Source: the human T2T-CHM13v2.0 reference genome, Homo sapiens
Direction: 5' to 3' (one strand)
Length of the DNA: 64,000 nucleotides
Assembly: GCF_009914755.1 (NCBI RefSeq)
Contig: NC_060942.1
Each line of letters starts with the position of its first letter. Position 1 is the first letter of the stretch. Both the position numbers and the translations under genes were made by a program. The notes under the pieces were generated by a model that did no database searches, was not told where the DNA came from, and saw nothing but the letters and a program-made list of their open reading frames with translations. Below, piece after piece: positions 50,950 to 64,000 of the stretch.

Positions 50950-53900
50950 CATTCTCAGAAACTTACTCGTGATGTGTGTCCTCAACTAAAGGAGTAGAAC
51001 CTTTCTTTTCATAGAGAAGTTTCGAAACGCTCTTTTTGTGGAATCTGCAAGTGGATATTTGGCTAGTTTTGAGGATTTCGTTGGAAGCGGGAATTCCTAC
51101 AAATTGCAGACTGCAGCGTTCTGAGAAACATCTTTGTGATGTTTGTATTCAAGACACAGAGATGAACATTCCCTATCATAGAGCATGTTGGAATCACTCC
51201 TTTTGTAGTATCTGGAAGTGGACATTTAGAGCGCTTTCAGGCCTATGTTGAAAAAGGAAATATCTTCCCATAACAACTAGACACAAGCATTCTCAGAAAC
51301 TTGTTTGTGATGTGTGCCCTCTACTGACAGAGTTGAACCTTTCTTTTCATAGAGCAGTTTTGAAACACTCTTTTTGTAGAATCCGCAAGAGGATATTTGC
51401 ATAGCTTTGAGGATTTCGTGGGAAACGGGATTGTCTTTAGGTAAAATCTAGACAGAAGCATTCTCAGAAACTTCTTTGGGATGTTTGCATTCAAGTCACA
51501 GAGTAGAACATTCCCTTTGGTAGAGCAGGTTTGAAACACTCTTTTTGTAGTATCTGGAAGTGGACATTTGGAGCGCTTTCAAGCCCATGTTGGAAAGGGA
51601 AATATCTTCCCGTAACAACTAGGCAGAAGCATTCTCAGAAACTTATTTGAGATGTGTGTACTCAACTAAGAGAATTGAACCACCGTTTTGAAGGAGCAGT
51701 TTTGAAACACTCTTTTTCTGGAATCTGCAAGAGTATATTTGCCTAGCTTTGAGGATTTCGTTGGAAACGGGATTGTCTTCAGATAAAATCTAGACAGAAG
51801 CATTCTCAGAAACTTCTTTGGGATGTTTGCATTCAAGTCACAGAGTAGAACATTCCCTTTGGTAGAGCAGGTTTGAAACACTCTTTTTTTAGTATATGGA
51901 AGTGGACATTTGGAGCGCTTTCAGGCCTACGTTGGAAAAGGAAATATCTTCCCATAACAACTAGACAGAAGCATTCTCAGAAACTAGTTTCTGATGTGTG
52001 TCCTCAACTAACACAGTTGAACTTTTCTTTAGACAGAACAGTTTTGAAACACTCTTTTTGTGGAATCTGCAAGTGGATATTGGGCTAGATTTGAGGATTT
52101 CATTGGAAACGGGATTACATATAAAAAGCAGACAGCAGCATTCTCAGAAAGTTCTTTGTGATGATTGCATTCAAGTCACAGAATTGAACATTCCCTTTCA
52201 CAGAGCAGGTTTGAAACACTCTTTTTGTAGTGTGTGTAAGTGGACATTTGGAGCGCTTTCCGGCCTAAGGTGAAAAAGGAAATATCTTCCCATAAAAACT
52301 AGACAGAAGCATTCTCAGAAACTTACTCGTGATGTGTGTCCTCAACTAAAGGAGTAGAACCTTTCTATTCATAGAGAAGTTTTGAAACGCTCTTTTTGTG
52401 GAATCTCCAAGTGGATATTTGGCTAGTTTTGAGGATTTCGTTGGAAGCGGGAATTCATACAAATTGCAGACTGCAGCGTTCTGAGAAACATCTTTGTGAT
52501 GTTTGTATTCAGGACACAGAGATGAACATTCCCTATCATAGAGCAGGTTGGAATCACTCCTTTTGTAGTATCTGGAAGTGGACATTTGGAGCGCTTTCAG
52601 GCCTATGTTGAAAAAGGAAATATCTTCCCATAACAACTAGACACAAGCATTCTCAGAAACTTGTTTGTGATGTGTGCCCTCTACTGACAGAGTTGAACCT
52701 TTCTTTTCATAGAGCAGTTTTGAAACACTCTTTTTGTAGAATCCGCAAGAGGATATTTGCATAGCTTTGAGGATTTCGTGGGAAACGGGATTGTCTTCAG
52801 GTAAAATCTAGACAGAAGCATTCTCAGAAACTTCTTTGGGATGTTTGCATTCAAGTCACAGAGTAGAACATTCCCTTTGGTAGAGCAGGTTTGAAACACT
52901 CTTTTTGTAGTATCTGGAAGTGGACATTTGGAGCGCTTTCAGGCCCATGTTGGAAAGGGAAATATCTTCCCGTAACAACTAGGCAGAAGCATTCTCAGAA
53001 ACTTATTTGAGATGTGTGTACTCAACTAAGAGAATTGAACCACCGTTTTGAAGGAGCAGTTTTGAAACACTCTTTTTCTGGAATCTGCAAGAGTATATTT
53101 GCCTAGCCTTGAGGATTTCGTTAGAAACGGGATTGTCTTCAGATAAAATCTAGACAGAAGCATTCTCAGAAACTTCTTTGGGATGTTTGCATTCAAGTCA
53201 CAGAGTAGAACATTCCCTTTGGTAGAGCAGGTTTGAAACACTCTTTTTTTAGTATATGGAAGTGGACATTTGGAGCGCTTTCAGGCCTACGTTGGAAAAG
53301 GAAATATCTTCCCATAACAACTAGACAGAAGCATTCTCAGAAACTAGTTTCTGATGTGTGTCCTCAATTAACACAGTTGAACTTTTCTTTAGACAGAACA
53401 GTTTTGAAACACTCTTTTTGTGGAATCTGCAAGTGGATATTGGGCTAGATTTGAGGATTTCGTTGGAAACGGGATTACATATAAAAAGCAGACAGCAGCA
53501 TTCTCAGAAAGTTCTTTGTGATGATTGCATTCAAGTCACAGAATTGAACATTCCCTTTCACAGAGCAGGGTTGAAACACGCTTTTTGTAGTGTGTGTAAG
53601 TGGACATTTGGAGTGCTTTCCGGCCTAAGGTGAAAAAGGAAATATCTTCCCATAAAAACTAGACAGAAGCATTCTCAGAAACTTACTCGTGATGTGTGTC
53701 CTCAACTAAAGGAGTAGAACCTTTCTATTCATAGAGAAGTTTTGAAACGCTCTTTTTGTGGAATCTCCAAGTGGATATTTGGCTAGTTTTGAGGATTTCG
53801 TTGGAAGCGGGAATTCATACAAATTGCAGACTGCAGCGTTCTGAGAAACATCTTTGTGATGTTTGTATTCAAGACACAGAGATGAACATTCCCTATCATA

Positions 53901-55029
53901 GAGCAGGTTGGAATCACTCCTTTTGTAGTATCTGGAAGTGGACATTTGGAGCGCTTTCAGGCCTATGTTGAAAAAGGAAATATCTTCCCATAACAACTAG
54001 ACACAAGCATTCTCAGAAACTTGTTTGTGATGTGTGCCCTCTACTGACAGAGTTGAACCTTTCTTTTCATAGAGCAGTTTTGAAACACTCTTTTTGTAGA
54101 ATCTGCAAGAGGATATTTGCATAGCTTTGAGGATTTCGTGGGAAACGGGATTGTCTTCAGGTAAAATCTAGACAGAAGCATTCTCAGAAACTTCTTTGGG
54201 ATGTTTGCATTCAAGTCACAGAGTAGAACATTCCCTTTGGTAGAGCAGGTTTGAAACACTCTTTTTGTAGTATCTGGAAGTGGACATTTGGAGCGCTTTC
54301 AGGCCCATGTTGGAAAGGGAAATATCTTCCCGTAACAACTAGGCAGAAGCATTCTCAGACACTTATTTGAGATGTGTGTACTCAACTAAGAGAATTGAAC
54401 CACCGTTTTGAAGGAGCAGTTTTGAAACACTCTTTTTCTGGAATCTGCAAGAGTATATTTGCCTAGCCTTGAGGATTTCGTTGGAAACGGGATTGTCTTC
54501 AGATAAAATCTAGACAGAAGCATTCTCAGAAACTTCTTTGGGATGTTTGCATTCAAGTCACAGAGTAGAACATTCCCTTTGGTAGAGCAGGTTTGAAACA
54601 CTCTTTTTTTAGTATATGGAAGTGGACAATTGGAGCGCTTTCAGGCCTAGGTTTGAAAAGGAAATATCTTCCCATAACAACTTGACAGAAGCATTCTCAG
54701 AAACTAGTTTCTGATGTGTGTCCTCAACTAACACAGTTGTACATTTCTTTAGACAGAACAGTTTTGAAACACTCTTTTTGTGGAATCTGCAAGTGGATAT
54801 TGGGCTAGATTTGAGGATTTCGTTGGAAACGGGATTACATATAAAAAGCAGTCAGCAGCATTCTCAGAAAGTTCTTTGTGATGATTGCATTCAAGTCACA
54901 GAATTGAACATTCCCTTTCACAGAGCAGGTTTGAAACACTCTTTTTGTAGTGTGTGTAAGTGGACATTTGGAGCGGTTTCCGGCCTAAGGTGAAAAAGGA
55001 AATATCTTCCCATAAAAACTAGGCAGAAG

Positions 55030-56722
55030 CATTCTCAGAAACTTACTCGTGATGTGTGTCCTCAACTAAAGGAGTAGAACCTTTCTTTTCATAGAGAAGT
55101 TTTGAAACGCTGTTTTTGTGGAATCTGCAAGTGGATATTTGGCTAGTTTGGAGGATTTCGTTGGAAGCGGGAATTCATACAAATTGCAGACTGCAGCGTT
55201 CTGAGAAACATCTTTGTGATGTTTGTATTCAGGACACAGAGTTGAACATTCCCTATCATAGAGCAGGTTTGAATCACTCCTTTTGTAGTATCTGGAAGTG
55301 GACATTTGGAGCGCTTTCAGGCCTATGTTGGAAAAGGAAATATCTTCCCATAACAACTAGACAGAAGCATTCTCAGAAACTTATTTGAGATGTGTGTACT
55401 CAACTAAGAGAATTGAACCACCGTTTTGAAGGAGCAGTTTTGAAACCCTCTTTTTCTGGAATCTGCAAGTGGATATTTGGCTAGCTTTGGGGATTTCGCT
55501 GGAAGCGGGAATACATATAAAAAGCACACAGCAGCGTTCTGAGAAACTGCTTTCTGATGTTTGCATTCAAGTCAAAAGTTGAACACTCCCTTTCATAGAG
55601 CAGTCTTGAAACACCCCTTTTGTAGTATCCGGAAGTGGACATTTGGAGCGCTTTCAGGGCTAAGGTGAAAAAGGAAATATCTTCCCATAAAAACTGGACA
55701 GAAGCATTCTCAGAAACTTGTTTATGCTGTATCTACTCTACTAACAAAGTTGAACCTTTCTTTTGATAGGGCAGTTTTGAAATGCTCTTTTTGTGGAATC
55801 TGCAAGTGGATATTTGGCTAGTTTTGAGGATTTCGTTGGAAGCTGGAATTCATACAAATTGCAGACTGCAGCGTTCTGAGAAACATCTTTGTGATGTTTG
55901 TATTCAGGACACAGAGTTGAACATTCCCTATCATAGAGCAGGTTGGAATCACTCCTTTTGTAGTATCTGGAAGTGGACATTTGGAGCGCTTTCAGGCCCA
56001 TGTTGGAAAGGGAAATATCTTCCCGTAACAACTAGGCAGAAGCATTCTCAGAAACTTATTTGAGATGTGTGTACTCAACTAAGAGAATTGAACCACCGTT
56101 TTGAAGGAGCAGTTTTGAAACACTCTTTTTCTGGAATCTGCAAGAGTATATTTGCCTAGCCTTGAGGATTTCGTTGGAAACGGGATTGTCTTCAGATAAA
56201 ATCTAGACAGAAGCATTCTCAGAAACTTCTTTGGTATGTTTGCATTCAAGTCACAGAGTAGAACATTCCCTTTGGTAGAGCAGGTTTGAAACACTCTTTT
56301 TTTAGTATATGGAAGTGGACATTTGGAGCGCTTTCAGGCCTACGTTGGAAAAGGAAATATCTTCCCATAACAACTAGACAGAAGCATTCTCAGAAACTAG
56401 TTTCTGATGTGTGTCCTCAACTAACACAGTTGTACATTTCTTTAGACAGAACAGTTTTGAAACACTCTTTTTGTGGAATCTGCAAGTGGATATTGGGCTA
56501 GATTTGAGGATTTCGTTGGAAACGGGATTACATATAAAAAGCAGACAGCAGCATTCTCAGAAAGTTCTTTGTGATGATTGCATTCAAGTCACAGAATTGA
56601 ACATTCCCTTTCACAGAGCAGGTTTGAAACACTCTTCTTGTAGTGTGTGTAAGTGGACATTTGGAGCGCTTTCCGGCCTAAGGTGAAAAAGGAAATATCT
56701 TCCCATAAAAACTAGACAGAAG
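55030..56722 (+). repeat. 1693-bp 10-mer variant, copy 2
   Basis: Same dimer order and junction as copy 1; T 55368, U 55705, S 56043. Confidence 0.9.
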
Positions 56723-59700
56723 CATTCTCAGAAACTTACTCGTGATGTGTGTCCTCAACTAAAGGAGTAGAACCTTTCTATTCATAGAGAAGTTTTGAAA
56801 CGCTCTTTTTGTGGAATCTCCAAGTGGATATTTGGCTAGTTTTGAGGATTTCGTTGGAAGCGGGAATTCATACAAATTGCAGACTGCAGCGTTCTGAGAA
56901 ACATCTTTGTGATGTTTGTATTCAGGACACAGAGATGAACATTCCCTATCATAGAGCAGGTTGGAATCACTCCTTTTGTAGTATCTGGAAGTGGACATTT
57001 GGAGCGCTTTCAGGCCTACGTTGAAAAAGGAAATATCTTCCCATAACAACTAGACACAAGCATTCTCAGAAACTTGTTTGTGATGTGTGCCCTCTACTGA
57101 CAGAGTTGAACCTTTCTTTTCATAGAGCAGTTTTGAAACACTCTTTTTGTAGAATCCGCAAGAGGATATTTGCATAGCTTTGAGGATTTCGTGGGAAACG
57201 GGATTGTCTTCAGGTAAAATCTAGACAGAAGCATTCTCAGAAACTTCTTTGGGATGTTTGCATTCAAGTCACAGAGTAGAACATTCCCTTTCGTAGAGCA
57301 GGTTTGAAACACTCTTTTTGTAGTATCTGGAAGTGGACATTTGGAGCGCTTTCAGGCCCATGTTGGAAAGGGAAATATCTTCCCGTAACAACTAGGCAGA
57401 AGCATTCTCAGAAACTTATTTGAGATGTGTGTACTCAACTAAGAGAATTGAACCACCGTTTTGAAGGAGCAGTTTTGAAACACTCTTTTTCTGGAATCTG
57501 CAAGAGTATATTTGCCTAGCTTTGAGGATTTCGTTGGAAACGGGATTGTCTTCCGATAAAATCTAGACAGAAGCATTCTCAGAAACTTCTTTGGGATGTT
57601 TGCATTCAAGTCACAGAGTAGAACATTCCCTTTGGTAGAGCAGGTTTGAAACACTCTTTTTTTAGTATATGGAAGTCGACATTTGGAGCGCTTTCAGGCC
57701 TACGTTGGAAAAGGAAATATCTTCCCATAACAACTAGACAGAAGCATTCTCAGAAACTAGTTTCTGATGTGTGTCCTCAACTAACACAGTTGAACTTTTC
57801 TTTAGACAGAACAGTTTTGAAACACTCTTTTTGTGGAATCTGCAAGTGGATATTTGGCTAGATTTGAGGATTTCGTTGGAAACGGGATTACATATAAAAA
57901 GCAGACAGCAGCATTCTCAGAAAGTTCTTTGTGATGATTGCATTCAAGTCACCGAATTGAACATTCCCTTTCACAGAGCAGGTTTGAAACATGCTTTTTG
58001 TAGTGTGTGTAAGTGGACATTTGGAGCGCTTTCCGGCCTAAGGTGAAAAAGGAAATATCTTCCCATAAAAACTAGACAGAAGCATTCTCAGAAACTTACT
58101 CGTGATGTGTGTCCTCAACTAAAGGAGTAGAACCTTTCTATTCATAGAGAAGTTTTGAAACGCTCTTTTTGTGGAATCTCCAAGTGGATATTTGGCTAGT
58201 TTTGAGGATTTCGTTGGAAGCGGGAATTCATACAAATTGCAGACTGCAGCGTTCTGAGAAACATCTTTGTGATGTTTGTATTCAGGACACAGAGATGAAC
58301 ATTCCCTATCATAGAGCAGGTTGGAATCACGCCTTTTGTAGTATCTGGAAGTGGACATTTGGAGCGCTTTCAGGCCTATGTTGAAAAAGGAAATATCTTC
58401 CCATAACAACTAGACACAAGCATTCTCAGAAACTTGTTTGTGATGTGTGCCCTCTACTGACAGAGTTGAACCTTTCTTTTCATAGAGCAGTTTTGAAACA
58501 CTCTTTTTGTAGAATCCGCAAGAGGATATTTGCATAGCTTTGAGGATTTCGTGGGAAACGGGATTGTCTTCAGGTAAAATCTAGACAGAAGCATTCTCAG
58601 AAACTTCTTTGGGATGTTTGCATTCAAGTCACAGAGTAGAACATTCCCTTTCGTAGAGCAGGTTTGAAACACTCTTTTTGTAGTATCTGGAAGTGGACAT
58701 TTGGAGCGCTTTCAGGCCCATGTTGGAAAGGGAAATATCTTCCCGTAACAACTAGGCAGAAGCATTCTCAGAAACTTATTTGAGATGTGTGTACTCAACT
58801 AAGAGAATTGAACCACCGTTTTGAAGGAGCAGTTTTGAAACACTCTTTTTCTGGAATCTGCAAGAGTATATTTGCCTAGCTTTGAGGATTTCGTTGGAAA
58901 CGGGATTGTCTTCCGATAAAATCTAGACAGAAGCATTCTCAGAAACTTCTTTGGGATGTTTGCATTCAAGTCACAGAGTAGAACATTCCCTTTGGTAGAG
59001 CAGGTTTGAAACACTCTTTTTTTAGTATATGGAAGTGGACATTTGGAGCGCTTTCAGGCCTACGTTGGAAAAGGAAATATCTTCCCATAACAACTAGACA
59101 GAAGCATTCTCAGAAACTAGTTTCTGATGTGTGTCCTCAACTAACACAGTTGAACTTTTCTTTAGACAGAACAGTTTTGAAACACTCTTTTTGTGGAATC
59201 TGCAAGTGGATATTTGGCTAGATTTGAGGATTTCGTTGGAAACGGGATTACATATAAAAAGCAGACAGCAGCATTCTCAGAAAGTTCTTTGTGATGATTG
59301 CATTCAAGTCACCGAATTGAACATTCCCTTTCACAGAGCAGGTTTGAAACATGCTTTTTGTAGTGTGTGTAAGTGGACATTTGGAGCGCTTTCCGGCCTA
59401 AGGTGAAAAAGGAAATATCTTCCCATAAAAACTAGACAGAAGCATTCTCAGAAACTTACTCGTGATGTGTGTCCTCAACTAAAGGAGTAGAACCTTTCTA
59501 TTCATAGAGAAGTTTTGAAACGCTCTTTTTGTGGAATCTCCAAGTGGATATTTGGCTAGTTTTGAGGATTTCGTTGGAAGCGGGAATTCATACAAATTGC
59601 AGACTGCAGCGTTCTGAGAAACATCTTTGTGATGTTTGTATTCAGGACACAGAGATGAACATTCCCTATCATAGAGCAGGTTGGAATCACGCCTTTTGTA

Positions 59701-60802
59701 GTATCTGGAAGTGGACATTTGGAGCGCTTTCAGGCCTATGTTGAAAAAGGAAATATCTTCCCATAACAACTAGACACAAGCATTCTCAGAAACTTGTTTG
59801 TGATGTGTGCCCTCTACTGACAGAGTTGAACCTTTCTTTTCATAGAGCAGTTTTGAAACACTCTTTTTGTAGAATCCGCAAGAGGATATTTGCATAGCTT
59901 TGAGGATTTCGTGGGAAACGGGATTGTCTTCAGGTAAAATCTAGACAGAAGCATTCTCAGAAACTTCTTTGGGATGTTTGCATTCAAGTCACAGAGTAGA
60001 ACATTCCCTTTGGTAGAGCAGGTTTGAAACACTCTTTTTGTAGTATCTGGAAGTGGACATTTGGAGCGCTTTCAGGCCCATGTTGGAAAGGGAAATATCT
60101 TCCCGTAACAACTAGGCAGAAGCATTCTCAGACACTTATTTGAGATGTGTGTACTCAACTAAGAGAATTGAACCACCGTTTTGAAGGAGCAGTTTTGAAA
60201 CCCTCTTTTTCTGGAATCTGCAAGAGTATATTTGCCTAGCCTTGAGGATTTCGTTGGAAACGGGATTGTCTTCAGATAAAATCTAGACAGAAGCATTCTC
60301 AGAAACTTCTTTGGGATGTTTGCACTCAAGTCACAGAGTAGAACATTCCCTTTGGTAGAGCAGGTTTGAAACACTCTTTTTTTAGTATATGGAAGTGGAC
60401 AATTGGAGCGCTTTCAGGCCTAGGTTTGAAAAGGAAATATCTTCCCATAACAACTTGACAGAAGCATTCTCAGAAACTAGTTTCTGATGTGTGTCCTCAA
60501 CTAACACAGTTGTACATTTCTTTAGACAGAACAGTTTTGAAACACTCTTTTTGTGGAATCTGCAAGTGGATATTGGGCTAGATTTGAGGATTTCGTTGGA
60601 AACGGGATTACATATAAAAAGCAGTCAGCAGCATTCTCAGAAAGTTCTTTGTGATGATTGCATTCAAGTCACAGAATTGAACATTCCCTTTCACAGAGCA
60701 GGTTTGAAACACTCTTTTTGTAGTGTGTGTAAGTGGACATTTGGAGCGCTTTCCGGCCTAAGGTGAAAAAGGAAATATCTTCCCATAAAAACTAGACAGA
60801 AG

Positions 60803-62495
60803 CATTCTCAGAAACTTACTCGTGATGTGTGTCCTCAACTAAAGGAGTAGAACCTTTCTTTTCATAGAGAAGTTTTGAAACGCTCTTTTTGTGGAATCTG
60901 CAAGTGGATATTTGGCTAGTTTGGAGGATTTCGTTGGAAGCGGGAATTCATACAAATTGCAGACTGCAGCGTTCTGAGAAACATCTTTGTGATGTTTGTA
61001 TTCAGGACACAGAGTTGAACATTCCCTATCATAGAGCAGGTTTGAATCACTCCTTTTGTAGTATCTGGAAGTGGACATTTGGAGCGCTTTCAGGCCTATG
61101 TTGGAAAAGGAAATATCTTCCCATAACAACTAGACAGAAGCATTCTCAGAAACTTATTTGAGATGTGTGTACTCAACTAAGAGAATTGAACCACCGTTTT
61201 GAAGGAGCAGTTTTGAAACCCTCTTTTTCTGGAATCTGCAAGTGGATATTTGGCTAGCTTTGGGGATTTCGCTGGAAGCGGGAATACATATAAAAAGCAC
61301 ACAGCAGCGTTCTGAGAAACTGCTTTCTGATGTTTGCATTCAAGTCAAAAGTTGAACACTCCCTTTCATAGAGCAGTCTTGAAACACCCCTTTTGTAGTA
61401 TCCGGAAGTGGACATTTGGAGCGCTTTCAGGGCTAAGGTGAAAAAGGAAATATCTTCCCATAAAAACTGGACAGAAGCATTCTCAGAAACTTGTTTATGC
61501 TGTATCTACTCTACTAACAAAGTTGAACCTTTCTTTTGATAGGGCAGTTTTGAAATGCTCTTTTTGTGGAATCTGCAAGTGGATATTTGGCTAGTTTTGA
61601 GGATTTCGTTGGAAGCTGGAATTCATACAAATTGCAGACTGCAGCGTTCTGAGAAACATCTTTGTGATGTTTGTATTCAGGACACAGAGTTGAACATTCC
61701 CTATCATAGAGCAGGTTGGAATCACTCCTTTTGTAGTATCTGGAAGTGGACATTTGGAGCGCTTTCAGGCCCATGTTGGAAAGGGAAATATCTTCCCGTA
61801 ACAACTAGGCAGAAGCATTCTCAGAAACTTATTTGAGATGTGTGTACTCAACTAAGAGAATTGAACCACCGTTTTGAAGGAGCAGTTTTGAAACACTCTT
61901 TTTCTGGAATCTGCAAGAGTATATTTGCCTAGCCTTGAGGATTTCGTTGGAAACGGGATTGTCTTCAGATAAAATCTAGACAGAAGCATTCTCAGAAACT
62001 TCTTTGGGATGTTTGCATTCAAGTCACAGAGTAGAACATTCCCTTTGGTAGAGCAGGTTTGAAACACTCTTTTTTTAGTATATGGAAGTGGACATTTGGA
62101 GCGCTTTCAGGCCTACGTTGGAAAAGGAAATATCTTCCCATAACAACTAGACAGAAGCATTCTCAGAAACTAGTTTCTGATGTGTGTCCTCAACTAACAC
62201 AGTTGTACATTTCTTTAGACAGAACAGTTTTGAAACACTCTTTTTGTGGAATCTGCAAGTGGATATTGGGCTAGATTTGAGGATTTCGTTGGAAACGGGA
62301 TTACATATAAAAAGCAGACAGCAGCATTCTCAGAAAGTTCTTTGTGATGATTGCATTCAAGTCACAGAATTGAACATTCCCTTTCACAGAGCAGGTTTGA
62401 AACACTCTTCTTGTAGTGTGTGTAAGTGGACATTTGGAGCGCTTTCCGGCCTAAGGTGAAAAAGGAAATATCTTCCCATAAAAACTAGACAGAAG
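60803..62495 (+). repeat. 1693-bp 10-mer variant, copy 3
   Basis: Same dimer order and junction as copy 1; T 61141, U 61478, S 61816. Confidence 0.9.
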
Positions 62496-64000
62496 CATTC
62501 TCAGAAACTTACTCGTGATGTGTGTCCTCAACTAAAGGAGTAGAACCTTTCTATTCATAGAGAAGTTTTGAAACGCTCTTTTTGTGGAATCTCCAAGTGG
62601 ATATTTGGCTAGTTTTGAGGATTTCGTTGGAAGCGGGAATTCATACAAATTGCAGACTGCAGCGTTCTGAGAAACATCGTTGTGATGTTTGTATTCAGGA
62701 CACAGAGATGAACATTCCCTATCATAGAGCAGGTTGGAATCACTCCTTTTGTAGTATCTGGAAGTGGACATTTGGAGCGCTTTCAGGCCTATGTTGAAAA
62801 AGGAAATATCTTCCCATAACAACTAGACACAAGCATTCTCAGAAACTTGTTTGTGATGTGTGCCCTCTACTGACAGAGTTGAACCTTTCTTTTCATAGAG
62901 CAGTTTTGAAACACTCTTTTTGTAGAATCCGCAAGAGGATATTTGCATAGCTTTGAGGATTTCGTGGGAAACGGGATTGTCTTCAGGTAAAATCTAGACA
63001 GAAGCATTCTCAGAAACTTCTTTGGGATGTTTGCATTCAAGTCACAGAGTAGAACATTCCCTTTCGTAGAGCAGGTTTGAAACACTCTTTTTGTAGTATC
63101 TGGAAGTGGACATTTGGAGCGCTTTCAGGCCCATGTTGGAAAGGGAAATATCTTCCCGTAACAACTAGGCAGAAGCATTCTCAGAAACTTATTTGAGATG
63201 AGTGTACTCAACTAAGAGAATTGAACCACCGTTTTGAAGGAGCAGTTTTGAAACACTCTTTTTCTGGAATCTGCAAGAGTATATTTGCCTAGCTTTGAGG
63301 ATTTCGTTGGAAACGGGATTGTCTTCCGATAAAATCTAGACAGAAGCATTCTCAGAAACTTCTTTGGGATGTTTGCATTCAAGTCACAGAGTAGAACATT
63401 CCCTTTGGTAGAGCAGGTTTGAAACACTCTTTTTTTAGTATATGGAAGTGGACATTTGGAGCGCTTTCAGGCCTACGTTGGAAAAGGAAATATCTTCCCA
63501 TAACAACTAGACAGAAGCATTCTCAGAAACTAGTTTCTGATGTGTGTCCTCAACTAACACAGTTGAACTTTTCTTTAGACAGAACAGTTTTGAAACACTC
63601 TTTTTGTGGAATCTGCAAGTGGATATTTGGCTAGATTTGAGGATTTCGTTGGAAACGGGATTACATATAAAAAGCAGACAGCAGCATTCTCAGAAAGTTC
63701 TTTGTGATGATTGCATTCAAGTCACCGAATTGAACATTCCCTTTCACAGAGCAGGTTTGAAACATGCTTTTTGTAGTGTGTGTAAGTGGACATTTGGAGC
63801 GCTTTCCGGCCTAAGGTGAAAAAGGAAATATCTTCCCATAAAAACTAGACAGAAGCATTCTCAGAAACTTACTCGTGATGTGTGTCCTCAACTAAAGGAG
63901 TAGAACCTTTCTATTCATAGAGAAGTTTTGAAACGCTCTTTTTGTGGAATCTCCAAGTGGATATTTGGCTAGTTTTGAGGATTTCGTTGGAAGCGGGAAT

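Larger units (their letters stand above)
1..64000 (+). repeat. Centromeric alpha-satellite HOR array, dimeric SF2-like; most likely human D18Z1 (S2C18H1L)
   Basis: Continuous ~171-bp monomers with alpha-satellite hallmarks (CATTCTCAGAAAC, GTGGACATTTGGAGCGCTTT, TTTGAAACACTCTTTTTG) and a CENP-B box in every second monomer. The 1360-bp period is visible in ORF recurrences (1004, 2364, 3724, 5084...). The alpha-satellite call is near certain; the chromosome assignment is recall-based (about 0.7), with related SF2 arrays such as D8Z2 as alternatives. Confidence 0.98.
54110..64000 (+). repeat. Recent tandem duplication, period 5773 bp (10-mer + three 8-mers), running off the window end
   Basis: Shared at +5773: CAGACACTTA (~54356/60129), GGACAATTGG...CCTAGGTTTG (~54624/60397), TAGTATCCGG (55623/61396), CTCTTCTTG (56632/62405), TTCCGATAAA (57551/63324), ACCGAATTG (57951/63724). 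Confidence 0.9.

Noticed and set aside
749-63819. About 230 short ORFs (60-114 aa) on both strands, recurring with the HOR period
   Set aside because: They are translations of satellite monomers. They overlap on opposite strands, many use TTG starts, they appear or vanish with single SNVs and they show no recognisable domains.
1-64000. CRISPR-like or other novel repeat-spacer system
   Set aside because: There are no unique spacers; every segment is homologous to the 171-bp monomer, and no cas or other genes are present.
1-64000. Inversions or L1/Alu insertions
   Set aside because: All monomers read in the same orientation, and all Q-to-Q spacings are explained by whole dimers (apart from one 1-bp deletion).
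1-64000. Calling this window the functional kinetochore site
   Set aside because: Homogeneity and box density fit a live array, but CENP-A position is epigenetic and cannot be read from sequence.

Overview
The whole 64 kb window is primate (human-type) centromeric alpha-satellite DNA: about 375 head-to-tail monomers of ~167-171 bp, all in one orientation. I saw no transposon insertion, inversion, gene or unique sequence. Monomers alternate between B-type (CENP-B box) and A-type (pJalpha-like box), a dimeric SF2-like organisation. I label the dimers by their starts after CATTCTCAGAAA: P (CTAGTTTCTG, 338 bp), Q (CTTACTCGTG, 338 bp, carries EcoRI), R (CTTGTTTGTG, 342 bp), S (CTTATTTGAG, 342 bp), and two rarer dimers T and U (337 + 338 bp). 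The dominant higher-order repeat (HOR) is a 1360-bp 8-mer (P-Q-R-S), making up 33 of 42 Q-to-Q intervals. The other intervals are two 2035-bp 12-mers, two 1702-bp 10-mers, three 1693-bp 10-mers, one 2386-bp 14-mer and one 3070-bp 18-mer. A 12-mer plus a 1.36-kb EcoRI 8-mer best fits the chromosome 18 array D18Z1 (S2C18H1L); this is from recall and not verified by alignment. Shared SNVs reveal nested recent tandem duplications (1360, 2720, 4080, 5773 and 5782 bp), hybrid monomers at variant junctions and probable short gene-conversion tracts. All ORFs in the track are repeat-derived artefacts. I find no support for a novel gene system; what is interesting is the readable recombination history of the array.
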